A stretch of 64,000 nucleotides of DNA from Octopus vulgaris (lineage: Eukaryota). The DNA is taken from assembly GCA_951406725.2 (NCBI GenBank), contig OX597827.1, positions 14,074,001-14,138,000 on the forward strand, read 5' to 3'. A program made the position numbers and the translations under genes. The notes beneath the pieces were generated by a model. That model did not search any database. It was not told where the DNA came from and worked only from the letters and a program-made list of their open reading frames with translations. Positions 48,667 to 61,429 of this stretch are shown piece after piece (position 1 is the first letter of the stretch; each line of letters opens with the position of its first letter).

Positions 48667-48972
48667 TCGAGCTTACGATCGTGAGGTTGTGAGCTCGAAT
48701 CCCGGACGGGGCTGCGTGTTGTGTTCTTGAGCAAGGCACTTTATTTCACGTTGCTCCAGTTCACTCAGCTGTAGAAATGAGTTGCGACGTCACAGGTGCC
48801 AAGCTGTATCGGCCCTTGCCTTTCCCTTGGACAACATCGGTGACGTGGAGAGGGGAGGCCGGTATGCATGGGCGACTGCTGGTCCTCCATAAAACAACCT
48901 TGCCCAGACTTGTGCCTCAGAGGGTATCTCTCTAGGTGCAAACCCATGGTCAGTGCCTGACCGAAGGGGGTC
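48667..48972 (+). mobile_element. SINE family E (5' box A lost)
   Basis: Homologous to 14131-14503; lies between (TA)n tracts. Confidence 0.85.
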
Positions 48973-48977
48973 TTACC

Positions 48978-48980
<3 letters not shown>

Positions 48981-49012
<32 letters not shown>

Positions 49013-49032
49013 TAGGTAGGTAGGTAGGTAGG

Positions 49033-49105
<73 letters not shown>

Positions 49106-49121
49106 TGACAGATAGATTGAC

Positions 49122-49197
<76 letters not shown>

Positions 49198-49250
49198 TGA
49201 TAGATTGACAGATAGATAGATAGATGGATAGATAGATGGAGAGAGAGAGA
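48981..49250. repeat. (TA)n-(TAGG)n-(GATA)n compound microsatellite
   Basis: Directly visible. Confidence 0.95.
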
Positions 49251-49854
49251 GATTTGTTCACAATATTTATTATGCCCGTAGCAAAAGCTAGGGCAGAGTT
49301 CACAGTTATGTGTTGCATGATCTGTGTGTATGTGTGAGTGTACACACATGCATGTATGTATGTACGTACGTGAGTGTGTATATGTGTGCGTGTGTGCGCG
49401 CACCTATATATATCTGTGTATGTATATGTATATAAGAATGTATGTATATATGTATGTTTGTATGTAGGTTACATATTCAGTCGAATCACACAGCTTTTGT
49501 GGCCAGTTTAGAAACAAGGAACAGTTTAAAAGAGACCTGGCACCAGATGAATAATAAAAGGCTATCAGGAATAGTCCATAGGAACTAAGCATATGGAACT
49601 GCCAGAGGCAAGACAAAATTCTTCACTTAACAGACTGGCAACTTATCATCACATAGGGAGACAGGAGGGAGCAGAGTGAAACACAGAGACCAAGGGACAA
49701 CGTGCAATGCCAAAAGAGTTTGAACTCATGACACTTAGGCCACAGGTCTAGCATCTTTTACCCATAATGTTTCTTTCTTAGCTACCCAGACGTTGATGAT
49801 TGGCACAAGTTCAGAAGCTCTTTGAACATGTGTATAACATGCATATTACCATAT

Positions 49855-49910
49855 GTGTGTATATGTATATATATATATACATATATATATACATACATAT
49901 ATACTTATAA

Positions 49911-50004
<94 letters not shown>

Positions 50005-50057
50005 CATATACATATATATATTCATATATATATACATATATATACATATATATATAC

Positions 50058-50090
<33 letters not shown>

Positions 50091-50490
50091 CATATATATA
50101 CATATATATATACATATATATACATATATATACATATACATACATATATATATACATATATATACATATATATATATACATATATATACATATATATATA
50201 CATATATATATACACATATATACATATATATATACATACATATACATATATATACATATATATACATATATATACATATATATATATATATACATATATA
50301 AATACATATATATACATATATATATAAACACATAAATATATATATATACATACACACATACATATATATGCATATGTGTGTATGTTTTTATATGTATGTA
50401 TATACATATATGTGTGTGTGTGTATGTATGTATATACACATACATTCATAAATATACATACCCACACATACACACACACACATATATATA
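49855..50490. repeat. long (TA)n/(CATATATATA)n microsatellite
   Basis: Directly visible. Confidence 0.97.
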
Positions 50491-50762
50491 TAAAGTAGTT
50501 TTTTTTTTTAAATCGTTAAACACAACAATAAAGATTTGTGGTGAATTTTTTAAACCCTGTTGGTGTGTGTGAGATGCCAAAGGACCATGTCTAGTGGCAA
50601 AATGCTGCAAAGGCTGCTAGATATTAATCTGAGGGTAATTTTAGCCCTGTTTCTAACGAACTTTAATAGCCACATAGAAGCTCCTTCATTGGCTTGTAGC
50701 ATAATGCATTACTATGTTGTACTATATCTTACTTAGTTGACTACAAAATCTGGACAGTTTCC

Positions 50763-51160
50763 TCAGAGGCACAAACTTGGTTGAGTAATTGAGGAGCTTG
50801 TTAGGCAACCACGTGGTTTCCGGTTCTGCCCACAGAGTAGCATCCTGAAGTGAGAGTCTTCTACTACAGCCCTTGGCCTACCAATGCCTTGTGAGTGAAT
50901 TTCATAGATGGAAACTGTGAAAAAGCCTGTCATGTATGTGTGTGCGTGTGCATGTGTATATGAGTGTGTGTATATCATTGTTTTTTTCCCACCCCCACTA
51001 CTATTTGACAACTACCATTGGTTTGTTTACATCCCTATAACTTAGTGGTTCATCAAAACATTGACCTGTAGAAGTAGCAGACCAAATTGTTTGACTAATC
51101 CCTATAAACCAGTGCTCCAGCATGGCCACTGTCCTATGATTGAAACAAGACAAAGATAAA
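50763..51160 (+). mobile_element. SINE family A (old, diverged)
   Basis: Homology to family A throughout. Confidence 0.7.
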
Positions 51161-51174
51161 AGTTAATGATTATA

Positions 51175-51670
51175 AGCACGGGCATGGCTCTGTGGTAAGA
51201 AGCTTGCTTCCCAACCACATGGTTCTAGGTTCAGTCCTGCCGTGTGACACCTTGGGTAAGTGTCTTCTACAATAGCCTTGTGAGTGGATTTGGTAGAAAG
51301 AAACTGAATGAGGCCTGTTCAACTGATACTTAATTTATTGACCTCTGAACGGACAAAAGGCAAAGCTGAACTCACTGGAATTTGAACCCAAAACACGCAG
51401 ACGAAATGCTGCCGAGCATTTTGCCCGGTATGCTAACAATTCAGCTAATGACGATTTCAAATTTTGACACAAGGCCAGTGATTTCGGGGAGGATGTAAGT
51501 CAATTACATCAACCCCCAGTATGCAACTGGTACTTATTTTATCAACCCTGATAAGATGAAAGACAAAGTCAACCTCGGTGCAATTTGAACTCAGAATGTG
51601 CACCTTGGGTAAGTGTCTTCTACAATAGCCTTGTGAGTGGATTTGGTAGACAGAAACTGAATGAGGCCTG

Positions 51671-51721
<51 letters not shown>

Positions 51722-51950
51722 CGTGTGTGTGTGTGTCTGTGTTTGTTCCCTCACCATCACCTGACAACCAGTGTTGGTGTGTTTGTGTCCCTGTAACTAA
51801 GCGGTTCGGCAAAAAAGGACCAATAGACTTAGTACTAGGCTTACAAAGAATAAGTTCTGGGGTCGATTTCTTTGACTGGAAACACTGTAAGGTAGTGCTC
51901 CGGCATGGCCACAGTCAAATAATTGAAACAAGTAACAGAATAACAGAATA
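51175..51950 (+). mobile_element. SINE A with a duplicated segment around reverse-oriented B fragments (51320-51600)
   Basis: caccttgggtaagtgtc...aatgaggcctgtt occurs at ~51248-51319 and ~51601-51672. Confidence 0.75.
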
Positions 51951-52734
51951 TATGAATAACGGAATAAAATGCTGACGGATAAAATGCTGTCAAGCACTTC
52001 GTCCAGTACGCTAACAATTCTGCCAGCTCACCACCTTAATAATAATAACAACAACAATAATAATAATAATAAGGATAATTTCTCAATCATACATAATATC
52101 ACTAATTTGTTGGGAAGGGTTGAGGGAAGGAAATGTATTACAATTTTCTTTTTATATAAAAACCAGTGAAAGCTTTTGATCTCCCTTGTAGCCATCTCCG
52201 AAGACGAGGTGTTAAGCTAATGTCAGCATCAGTGTGTCAGTGGTAAAATACAAGAAACATAGCGAACGGCATCGCTTCTTTAATAACTTAAGCTGAAGGA
52301 TGCGAATGAGTGATTGATTGGCTTAAAGTAGGCTGTCGTGTTTGTGATTGACTGATGTTCAGAGTATTGATTACACTGATTGAACTTATCTATATTCAAA
52401 GGAATGCTGAGACAATGCTTTTTTTTTTTTTTTTTTTTTTATTTTGAAGAAAGTAGGATGTAAAATGGGGGGGAGATTTAACTGCTATTTTTAGCAGAAT
52501 TGAGCAGTCATAAAGAGTGAAAGAAAAGTAATGCATAATGGACTTTAATCCATGTTCTTAATTTTTTAAATATTTTTATAAATTGCTAGTTTTAATTTTT
52601 TAATGATGGAAAATAGTATATTTTTTCATCAATCATCTTTTACTGGGTTCACTCATTAGATTGCAGCCATACTGGGACCACCACCTTGAAGAATTTTAGT
52701 TGAACAACCCCAGTTCTTGTTTATTTATTTATTT

Positions 52735-53055
52735 AGGTGCAGGAGTGGCTGTGTGGTAAGTAGCTTGCTTACCAACCACATGGTTCCGGGATCAAGACCA
52801 CTGCGTGGCATCTTGGGCAAGTGTCTTCTGCTATAGCCCCGGGCCGACCAATGCCTTGTGAGTGGATTTGGTAGACGGAAACTGAAAGAAGCCTGTCGTA
52901 TATATGTATATATATATGTGTGTGTCTGTGTTTGTCCCCCTAGCATTGCTTGACAACCGATGCTGGTGTGTTTACGTCCCCGTCACTTAGCAGTTCGGCA
53001 AAAGAGACCGATAGAATAAGTACTGGGCTTACAAAGAATATGTCCCGGGGTCGAT
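52735..53055 (+). mobile_element. SINE family A, 3'-truncated
   Basis: Homology to family A. Confidence 0.88.
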
Positions 53056-53099
53056 TTGGTTTGTCCAATGCAAAAAGCAGTTTCAACATATGAGGATCT

Positions 53100-53240
53100 G
53101 ACAACCTACTCTTTCTTTCTCTGTCATAATGCTTATGTTGAATGTGACATTTAAGTCCCTCCAATGATTTACAAAAAAGCCTACAGATCTTACAAGTATG
53201 AGGATTACAGGTGAGTGCAGGTGATATATTTGCAGCCATT
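53100..53240 (-). pseudogene. probable RTE/RTEX ORF C-terminal C2H2-like knuckle
   Basis: HTCKICRLFCKSLEGLKCHIQHKH; isolated, with no second finger or linker. Confidence 0.45.
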
Positions 53241-53439
53241 TTTCTCCTTTACCTTGCACCCTAAAGCTGTTAATGCTGGTTGCAACAAAATTTCTACTAC
53301 CATTTTGACACGATGATCTCCATTTTGTTCACTCCAAGGCTGTTTATACACACACACACACACACACGCACACACACATGCACGCACGCGCACACACACA
53401 CACACACACACACGCAATGGGATTCTTTCAATATTTCTT

Positions 53440-53982
53440 ATTTCTTTATTGCCCACAAAGGGCTGAACATAGAGGGGATAAACAAGGACAGACAAAGAGA
53501 TTAAGTCAATTACATCAACCCCTGTGCGTAACTGGGACTTAATTTATCGACCGCGAAAGGATGAAAGGCAAAGTTGACCTTGGCAGAATTTGAACTCAAA
53601 ACGTAACGGCAGATGAAATACCTATTTCTTTACTACCCACAAGGGGCTAAACACAGAGAGGACAAACAAGGACAGACAAACGGATTAAGTCGATTATATC
53701 GACCCAGTGTGTAACTGGTACTTATTTAATCAACCCCGAAAGGATGAAAGGCAAAGTCGACCTCAGCGGAATTTGAACTCAGAACGTAACAGCAGACAAA
53801 ATAAGCATTTTGCCTGGTGTGCTAACGTTTCTGCCAGCTCACCACCTTTCAATTTCTGTTTACCAGATCCACTCACAAGGCTTTGGTTGGGCCAAAGCTA
53901 TAGTAAAAGACACCTGCTCGTGATGCCACACCATGAGACTGAACCTAGAACCATCTGGTTAGGAAGCAATCATCTTACCACA
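53440..53982 (-). mobile_element. chimeric A-head + tandem B SINE
   Basis: Same A/B junction as at 22352 (ccacctttcaatttctgtttaccagatcc near 53848). Confidence 0.8.
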
Positions 53983-54151
53983 TAAAGAAATAGGTATTTC
54001 ATCTGCCGTTACGTTTTGAGTTCAAATTCTGCCAAGGTCAACTTTGCCTTTCATCCTTTCGCGGTCGATAAATTAAGTCCCAGTTACGCACAGGGGTTGA
54101 TGTAATTGACTTAATCTCTTTGTCTGTCCTTGTTTATCCCCTCTATGTTCA
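53983..54151 (+). repeat. inverted duplicate of 53464-53632
   Basis: 169-bp reverse complement sharing private variants. Confidence 0.9.
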
Positions 54152-54563
54152 CCGCTATGTTACCAAACCTGCCCCTGTATGCTATCAATTTTTTAAAATC
54201 TAAATACGACTATATCTTTATCACCGCTAATTAATTATTTATTACAAACATCCTACAGGGTATATATTGATCTTTCTGCTACCATATTTTCATTAAAATA
54301 ACACTGCCTTTGTTTCAATTAATTTAAAAAAATAATGAAGAATTTAGTAAAATAGCTTTGAAATCATTAACACTTTAATTACTATATTTCTGTTGAAAAT
54401 AACAAAGAATTTAGGAAAAAATAACTTCCTCGTTATTAAGCTGGTGTTTGGAACAGAAATTAACACTAAATTTTCATGGAAGTTTTTAATTAGAATCACT
54501 TCAAAACCAGAAGTTTGTATCATAGAACCAGGAGCGATCGCAGGTAGCTTGGTATGAAAAGGG
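54152..54563. mobile_element. TTAA-MITE-related element (decayed ends)
   Basis: Right end ggtatgaaaagggtt; internal aagaatttagtaaaa shared with the MITE at 31650. Confidence 0.55.
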
Positions 54564-54582
54564 TTTGGTGTTTGGAACAAAT

Positions 54583-54974
54583 GCAGTATCGCCTGGCATT
54601 TCTCGGGTTTGTTTCGACCCTTTAGAATTGGAATTTTTGAAAAGTAAAAATTTTGCATTATGTAGCTTGTTATTCTCTTTAAGTGGACATTTTTCTGGTT
54701 GAAATACTCCGAAAAATGGCGACACAGCAGTAAAAAAATCGTAAAAAAAATAGGGATTTTCATTGAAAAAAACCACCTTTTTGATGTAAATAATTTTTGG
54801 TTTTAACATGGTCCGATTTGAATTTTATCTTCTAGTGAATGAAGAGCAAGCCTTCTTCTATCATACTCTCAATTTTGGTCAACTTGCACCGCAGGGTCTC
54901 GGAGGAGATAGTATTAGTTGAAGGCTACCAAATCTGCCATACACAGACAACTTCAGCTTTATATATAGAGAGAT
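54583..54974 (+). mobile_element. Helentron-associated non-autonomous element (HINE-like)
   Basis: gcagtatcgcctggcatttctcggg 5' hairpin and cacagacaacttcagctttatatatagagagat 3' end; the 5' end also appears reversed at 27277-27301. Confidence 0.6.
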
Positions 54975-55834
54975 AATGTAATTAATGTATACAGTGCTTG
55001 GGTGTTTACAGCTCATCACAAAAAGCAACCAAAGGAGCATGAATAATGCACAGAAAGTGAATAGCAAGTCATTAAAAAAGTGAGGAGGATGGACACTGGG
55101 TGTACTTTTGGTGAATTTCAGGAAGGCTTTGGTCGGCCCGAGGCTATAGTAGAAGACACTTGCCCGAGGTGCCATGCAGTGGGACTGATCCCAGAACCAT
55201 GTGGTTTGTAAGCAAGCATATACATTTATGTTGGAAAAAATGCTGTGTGTGTGTGTGTGTGTGTGTGAGCCTTTATATTTGTATAGTTGATGTTTATCAA
55301 ATTTCGCTCACAAAGAATTGTTTAAAGTGAGGCTAAGGAGGAAAACAACTAAAGTTCCTTAAATCGAGAACTGTGTGGTAGGGTAGCGAACTTTGCAAGA
55401 CTCATCAAAAGTTATTCCATTTCAGTTACCTTACTCTGGAGAAAGATCTAGACATCATTGCATCTGTTCTCTTTCCTCAAAGAGTTTTAATATCGCGTTG
55501 CCGTTTGCAAGTTAAAGGGACGTAATTCAATGCTGCAAGGAACTTAGTAACACTATCCACCTCTTCTGTTTTCCACGAGTTCGTTCTGGAGAGTTTATAA
55601 ACTGATGTTTTCGTGTTAAGGATTTTTCTGTTCCATTTCAAATGATAAATAAGTGAAGAGTTGTTCCCCTTTAAATATTTTTTGATTTCCGTGTGGTGTG
55701 TGTGTGTACGTGCTCACACAAATATCTATCTTTCTATCTATTTATCTTTCTATCTATCTATTCATCTTTCTATTTATCTATCTTTCTATCTATTTATCTA
55801 TCTATCTATCTTTCTATCTATCTATTTATCTTTC

Positions 55835-56131
55835 TCCCGGATCCCCAAAGTACCCCGGATCCCGTTGCCCCCATACCGCTGGCACGTTAAAAGCTCAAAC
55901 CGATCGTGACCGATGCCGGACCCCCCGGTCCCTGTGCAGGTGGCACGTAAAAAGCACCCACTCCACTCACGGAGTGGTTGGCGTTAGGAAGGGCATCCAG
56001 CCGTAGAAACTCTGCCAGATCAGACTGGAGCCTGGAGCGGCCCCTAGCTTCCCAGACCCCGGTCGAACCGTCCAACCCGTGCTAGCGCGGAAAACGGACG
56101 TTAAACGATGATGATGATGATGATGATGATG
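55835..56131 (+). mobile_element. family C, subfamily matching 24874-25190
   Basis: ggatccccaaagtaccccgg 5' part and (gat)n tail; inserted in a (TCTA)n tract. Confidence 0.88.
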
Positions 56132-56639
56132 ATCTATCTATTTTTCTATCTATCTATTTATCTTTCTATCTATCTATTTATCTTTCTATTTATCTTTCTA
56201 TCTATCTATTTATCTTTCTATTTATCTTTCTATCTATCTATTTATCTTTCTATTTATCTGTCTACCTGTCTGTCTGTCTGTATGTCTATCTGCACTACAA
56301 TCAAAGAATCTGTGGCATCACCAACCAATCATTCTAACATTCCTGGAAATGAAGTTAGTTTGAATAAATCAAGATTCTGTTTTGTATGGTACTTGTGCAT
56401 GCACTCACCCACACACTCACACTCAGAGTCACATGTACACATATACATTCATATGTATGCACACACACACACACACACACACTCACACACATAATTCAAC
56501 TTGCAGTTTCATTTCCATCAGCTTGAGTATCGTTTTGTTCATGTGTTGTTATTCGCATAATCAAACTATCTAATATTAAAAATTGGAATGTTTCTGTATA
56601 AAATATCCACATGTGATAAAAAAAAAAAGAAACTGATTT

Positions 56640-57192
56640 AATCTGTCATAAACTCCGTACTGGAAGCCGTTCAGCGACGTGCAACCAAAAGAATACCCTC
56701 CATCAGGCATTTGCCATATTCTGAACGCCTTACTTCCCTGGGCATGGACACATTGAAACTCAGACGTCTGGCAGCTGACTTGGCAGACACCCATAAAATT
56801 ACCAACAATCTTACAAACAATAACTCTGAGCACCTTTTCGAAGTCCACCCGTCTAACACCCGTGGACATATTTACAAAGTCAGAAAACAGCACAGCTCCC
56901 ATGACTTTCGGAAACGTTTTTTCACGCTATGAGTTGCTGAAGCATGGAACAAACTGCCGACATCAGTTGTTAGTTGTCGGAACACTGCATCCTTCAAAAC
57001 TTCCATGCTTCCTGAGATTCGCCAACACTACACCTGATTTTCTCCCCTCCATACACACGCAAGCATGTATCTGACTCATACATTGTTCACTTTCCAGACA
57101 TTTGTACATTACTGCATATGTTTTATACGCACTTTCTGACAAGTTGTGGTGCACCTGAGCACTGTATACAATAATTTCATTATATTATTATA
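56640..57192 (+). pseudogene. CR1-clade LINE ORF2 C-terminus, 3'UTR and (ATT) tail
   Basis: LEAVQRRATKRIPSIRHLPYSERLTSLGMDTLKLRRL...NTRGHIYKV...FFTL*VAEAWNKLP...FK; one premature stop. Confidence 0.92.
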
Positions 57193-57518
57193 ACTGCACC
57201 AAAAAGACAAGTAGCAGGAGATACAAAATTATACACACAGCCAAGATTTATAGAGAAAGTAATTCTCTGGATATTAACATGTCTGAGAATGCATCCACTT
57301 TTAAACTGTTTATATTAAAAATGTCTATATTTAAGTTCAAATCTTCCAATTATTATTTTTTGCGAGAGCATTTTAATAAGTTCCATTATCAGTTTTGTAT
57401 CTCGGAAATGACTGTATTTGCTCATGTATAAAACATGCTCTCACATAACATGGGAAGAAAGGATATTTTGTGGAAAAAGCAAATTTAATGTTTATCGTCT
57501 TCATCATATTGAAACCCA

Positions 57519-57662
57519 TTATAGTGCACTTGAGCATATTGTTGCATGCCTGAGCACTTTGTAGTGCATCTAAGTGCATTGTAGTGCACCTGAGCACATC
57601 ATAGTGCATCTGAACATTTTGTAGTGCACCTGAGCACTATATACAATAAATTCATTATTATT
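57519..57662 (+). repeat. 6 x 20-bp tandem repeat of the CR1 terminal motif, plus tail
   Basis: Units like ttgtagtgcacctgagcact at an exact 20-bp period, then atatacaataaattcattatta. Confidence 0.85.
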
Positions 57663-57668
57663 TTTATA

Positions 57669-58090
57669 CGGTGGCCGTTGCCATTGCCATTGCCGGTTGC
57701 CAGTGCCGCCCCGGTGGCACATAAAAAGCACCATCCGATCATGACCGTTACCAGCCTTACCTGGCCCCTCGTGCCGGTGGCACATAAAGAGCACCATCCG
57801 TCCGTGACCGTTACCAGCCTTGCCTGGCCCCCCCGTGCCGGTGGCACATAAAGAGCACCATCCGTCCGTGGCTGTTTGCCAGCCCCGTCTGGCATCTGTG
57901 CCGGTGGCACGTAAAAAGCACCCACTACTCATGGAGTGGTTGGCATTAGGAAGGGCATCCTGCTGTAGAAACACTGCCAGATCAGACTGGGCCTGGTGCA
58001 GCCTTCTGGCTTCCCAAACCCCAGTTGAACTGTCCAACCCATACCAGCATGGAAAGCGGACACTAAATGATGATGATGATGATGATGATG
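57669..58090 (+). mobile_element. family C with VNTR
   Basis: Four ccggtggcac units and a (gat)n tail. Confidence 0.9.
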
Positions 58091-58338
58091 GAGGCATGTG
58101 GCTTAGTGGTTAGGGTGTCAGCATCATGATCGTAAGATTGTGGTTTCGATTCCTGGACTGGGCAACACATTGTGTTCTTGAGCAAAACACTTCATTTCAC
58201 GTTGCTCCAGTCCACTCAGCAGGCAAAACTGAGTAATGCTGTGATGGACTGGTGTCCCGTCCAGCTTCGGAACACATATGCCATTGAAACAGGGAAACTG
58301 GGCCCATGAGCCTGGCGAGGCTTTAAAAGGGCGCATTT
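58089..58338 (+). mobile_element. tRNA SINE with E-like middle and D-like tail
   Basis: gtggcttagtggttaggg head; ttgagcaaaacactt...ttgctccagtccactcagc; gggaaactgggcccatgagcc tail. Confidence 0.75.
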
Positions 58339-58545
58339 ATATCTTTTTTATTTATTATTATCTTTATACACTCAGTATCCCACCCATAATACAGTCACAT
58401 TAGATGCAAGACAATTTTTGTTACATTTAATAATAAAATAACCATGCCTTATACACCAACGTGGATGGTAGTTATTTTAGTTGATGCATCGAAATTCTTA
58501 AGTATTTTCTAAATCAAAAGAAAATACATTGACCATGTTTTTCAT

Positions 58546-58840
58546 TGGAGGCACAATGGCCCAGTGGTTAGGGCAGCAGACTTGAGGTCAGAGGATTGTG
58601 GTTTTGATTCCCAGACCAGGCATTGTGTGTGTTTATTGAGCCAAAACACCTAAAAGCTCCACGAGGCTCTGGCAGGAGGTGGCGGAGACCCCTGTTGTGC
58701 TCTTTCGCCACAACTTTCTCTTCTTGTTTCTTGAGTAACGCTGTGATGGAATGGTGTCCTATCCAGCTGGGGGGAACACATATGCCACAGAAATCAGGAA
58801 ACTGGGCCCATGAGCCTGGCTAGGCTTGAAAAGGGCGACG
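58546..58840 (+). mobile_element. SINE, family D-related
   Basis: tggaggcacaatggcccagtggttaggg...ctctttcgccacaactttctc. Confidence 0.78.
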
Positions 58841-59287
58841 TTTTTTTAATGTTTTTCATTAAAAATAAAGGAATAAAAGCATTAAAGGATTAAATATTTA
58901 CAGTCCATTTGAGAATGTTTCAATGAAAATGAGGAGTAAAAATATAAAAGTTTTGAAGATCTACTTGTCTGGAGTAACTTTGCTTGAGATGGGGCATAGC
59001 TTGGAGAGCAAGGAGTCTCTCTAGACCATGCAACTACTTCTCTGCATTGAAGGCCCCACTCCAATACTGCAGACGTGTAATTTGAATGCTGTAGGGAAGG
59101 ATTGCAAGATAGGTTCTTCAGGCCAAAACCAAATGGCAGAAGATCTAGAAATAAACCCTTAGGTCACTCTTTGGAATTCAGCCACAAAATCTAATGGCAG
59201 TTGCTTCTGACAGGACCCTATGAAGGAGCGACCCAAGAACTCGAATGCCACAACCAAGCCAAGAATAGTCAAGATTAGTGAACAGAA

Positions 59288-59828
59288 AAGATGGGTGGGT
59301 GGATGGATGGATGGCTAGGCCGGTGGATGGATGTATGGATGGATGGATGGATGGATGGACAGGTGGATGGCTGGCTAAACCGGTGGATGGAAGGATGGGT
59401 GGCTGGATAGATGTATGGGCAGATGGATGGATAAATGGATGGGTGGGTGGATGGATGGATGGACGGATGGATAGACAGATGGATGGACAGGTGGATCACT
59501 GGCTAAACCAGTGGATGGATGTGTGTATGGATGGATGGATAGAAGGGCGGGTGGCAGGATAGATGGGTGGGTGGGTGGATTGATGGATAAATGGATGGGT
59601 GGGTGGGTGGATGGATGGATGAATAAATGGATGGATGGACAGGTGGATGACTGGCTAAACCGGTGGATGGATGTATGTATGGATAGAAGGACGGGTGGCT
59701 GGATAGATGGATGGATGGGCAGATGGATGGATAAATGGATGGGTGGGTGGGTGGATGGATGGACGGACAGATGGATGGACAGGTGGATGGCTGGCTAAAC
59801 CGGTGGATAGATGGATGGATGAATGGAT
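59288..59828 (+). repeat. (GGAT)n-derived minisatellite with ~130-150-bp higher-order units
   Basis: The anchor ggacaggtggat..ctggctaaacc(g/a)gtggat recurs four times. Confidence 0.9.
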
Positions 59829-60611
59829 ACTTGTCTGGCAACTGAGTAGATTTGAGACGATGTGTTGAAATTTCAACAATTCCAGCATAATAGACACATA
59901 TTGGCAATTCAAAACTGCACAAAGACTGTTATCTTCACTTAAACATTTATGATTTGTTTGATGACAACAAATAACAGTAAATGCTTTTGTGAAGTTTACA
60001 GTTTTTGTGTCTTTTTCAATGGCTAATGTTTCTTCCATTCTGTAATTGTATAAGAAAAATAGTTTCTCTTGAAGAATTTTTTTTCTCTGTGATCGGGAAA
60101 CTGCTATTTCTATTCATATTACAGTTATTATGATACCATTAATTATTAATCGGTGTAAACAAATAAAAATTAACACCTAATTTTATTGATTTCTAACATC
60201 AATGTTTAAATATTTTTACGGTATTGCTTGAATAAAATTTGCAAAGTTTTAGGAAACTTTACAAAATGATACAAGGGAGGTAACTCTGTTAGTCTTATAT
60301 TGGAATAACGTCACGAAGCCATAGTTAATGCGGGTGTTTCTATGCGCGCATGATGCGTGTATGCGACTTTTATATCTTATTTTCCTTTCCCTTTTTTTTT
60401 CTTTTCCCTTTTTTTTCCTTTCCCTTTTTTTTTCCTTTCCCCCATTTTTAAAAAAAATTTTACCCCTCCCTTTTTTTGTCTTCTTTCTTTCCTTTTACGA
60501 TCTCTTTTGATCGAAAACCAAACCCCCCTTTTTTACACCCAAAAGAAAAGCTCTACCTTGTAATTTGTCCTGTCTGTGTGCAGCCCTGTGTGGATAATAA
60601 AGAAACATATG

Positions 60612-61415
60612 TCTTACTCGTTTCAGTCAACGGACTGCGGCCATGCTGGAGCACCGCCTCGAAAAATTTAGCCGCACAAATCGACTCCAGTACTTATGTT
60701 ATAACGCCTGTTACTTATTCTATTCTATCGGTGTCTTTGCCCGAGCCTCTAAGTTATGGGGACGTAAACAAACCGATGTCGAACGGTTGTGGCGGACCAA
60801 CACAAGCACACACACACACTCACATTTATATACAACGAGCTTCTTTCTACTAAATCCACTCACAAGGCTTTGGTCGGTCCTGGGCTATCGTAGAAGACCC
60901 TTACTCAAGGTGACACACAGTGGGACTGAACCCAGAGGCACATGAGTAGGAAACAAACTTCTTATCTCATAGCCACATCTGCCAAAAGCATGGCTGTTCG
61001 ATTAAGAAGCTTGCTTTTGGATTACATAGATCTGGGTTCAGTTCCACTGCATGACACCTGCGGCAAGTGTCTTCTACTATAGCCCTGGGCTAACCAAAGT
61101 CTTGCGACTGAATCTGGTACATGGAAACTGTGTAGAAGGGTACTGTATTCATAAATACATACTCACACACACACACACTTATATATACTCTTTTATTTGT
61201 TTCAGTCATTTGACTGTGGCCATGCTGGATTACCGCCTTTAGTTAGGACTTATTCAGGACATATTCAGGACAAACACAGACATACAAACACGCACACACA
61301 TATATACACGACAGGCTTCTTTCAGTTTCCGTCTACCAAATCCACTCACAAGGCTTTGGTCAGCTGGAGGCTATAGTAATCCCTTGTCCAAGGCTCCACA
61401 CAGCCACTGCTGCAA
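60612..61415. mobile_element. cluster of three diverged SINE A copies (minus, plus, minus)
   Basis: Homology to family A at ~60612-60980, 60988-61140 and 61185-61415. Confidence 0.75.
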
Positions 61416-61429
61416 CTATATATATATAT

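Noticed and set aside
53100-53240. Host C2H2 zinc-finger gene exon
   Set aside because: A single finger with no TGEKP linker or neighbouring fingers; it fits an RTE-type ORF terminus better.
59275-60038. MDGW/HPSI-repeat proteins
   Set aside because: Translations of the (GGAT)n minisatellite.
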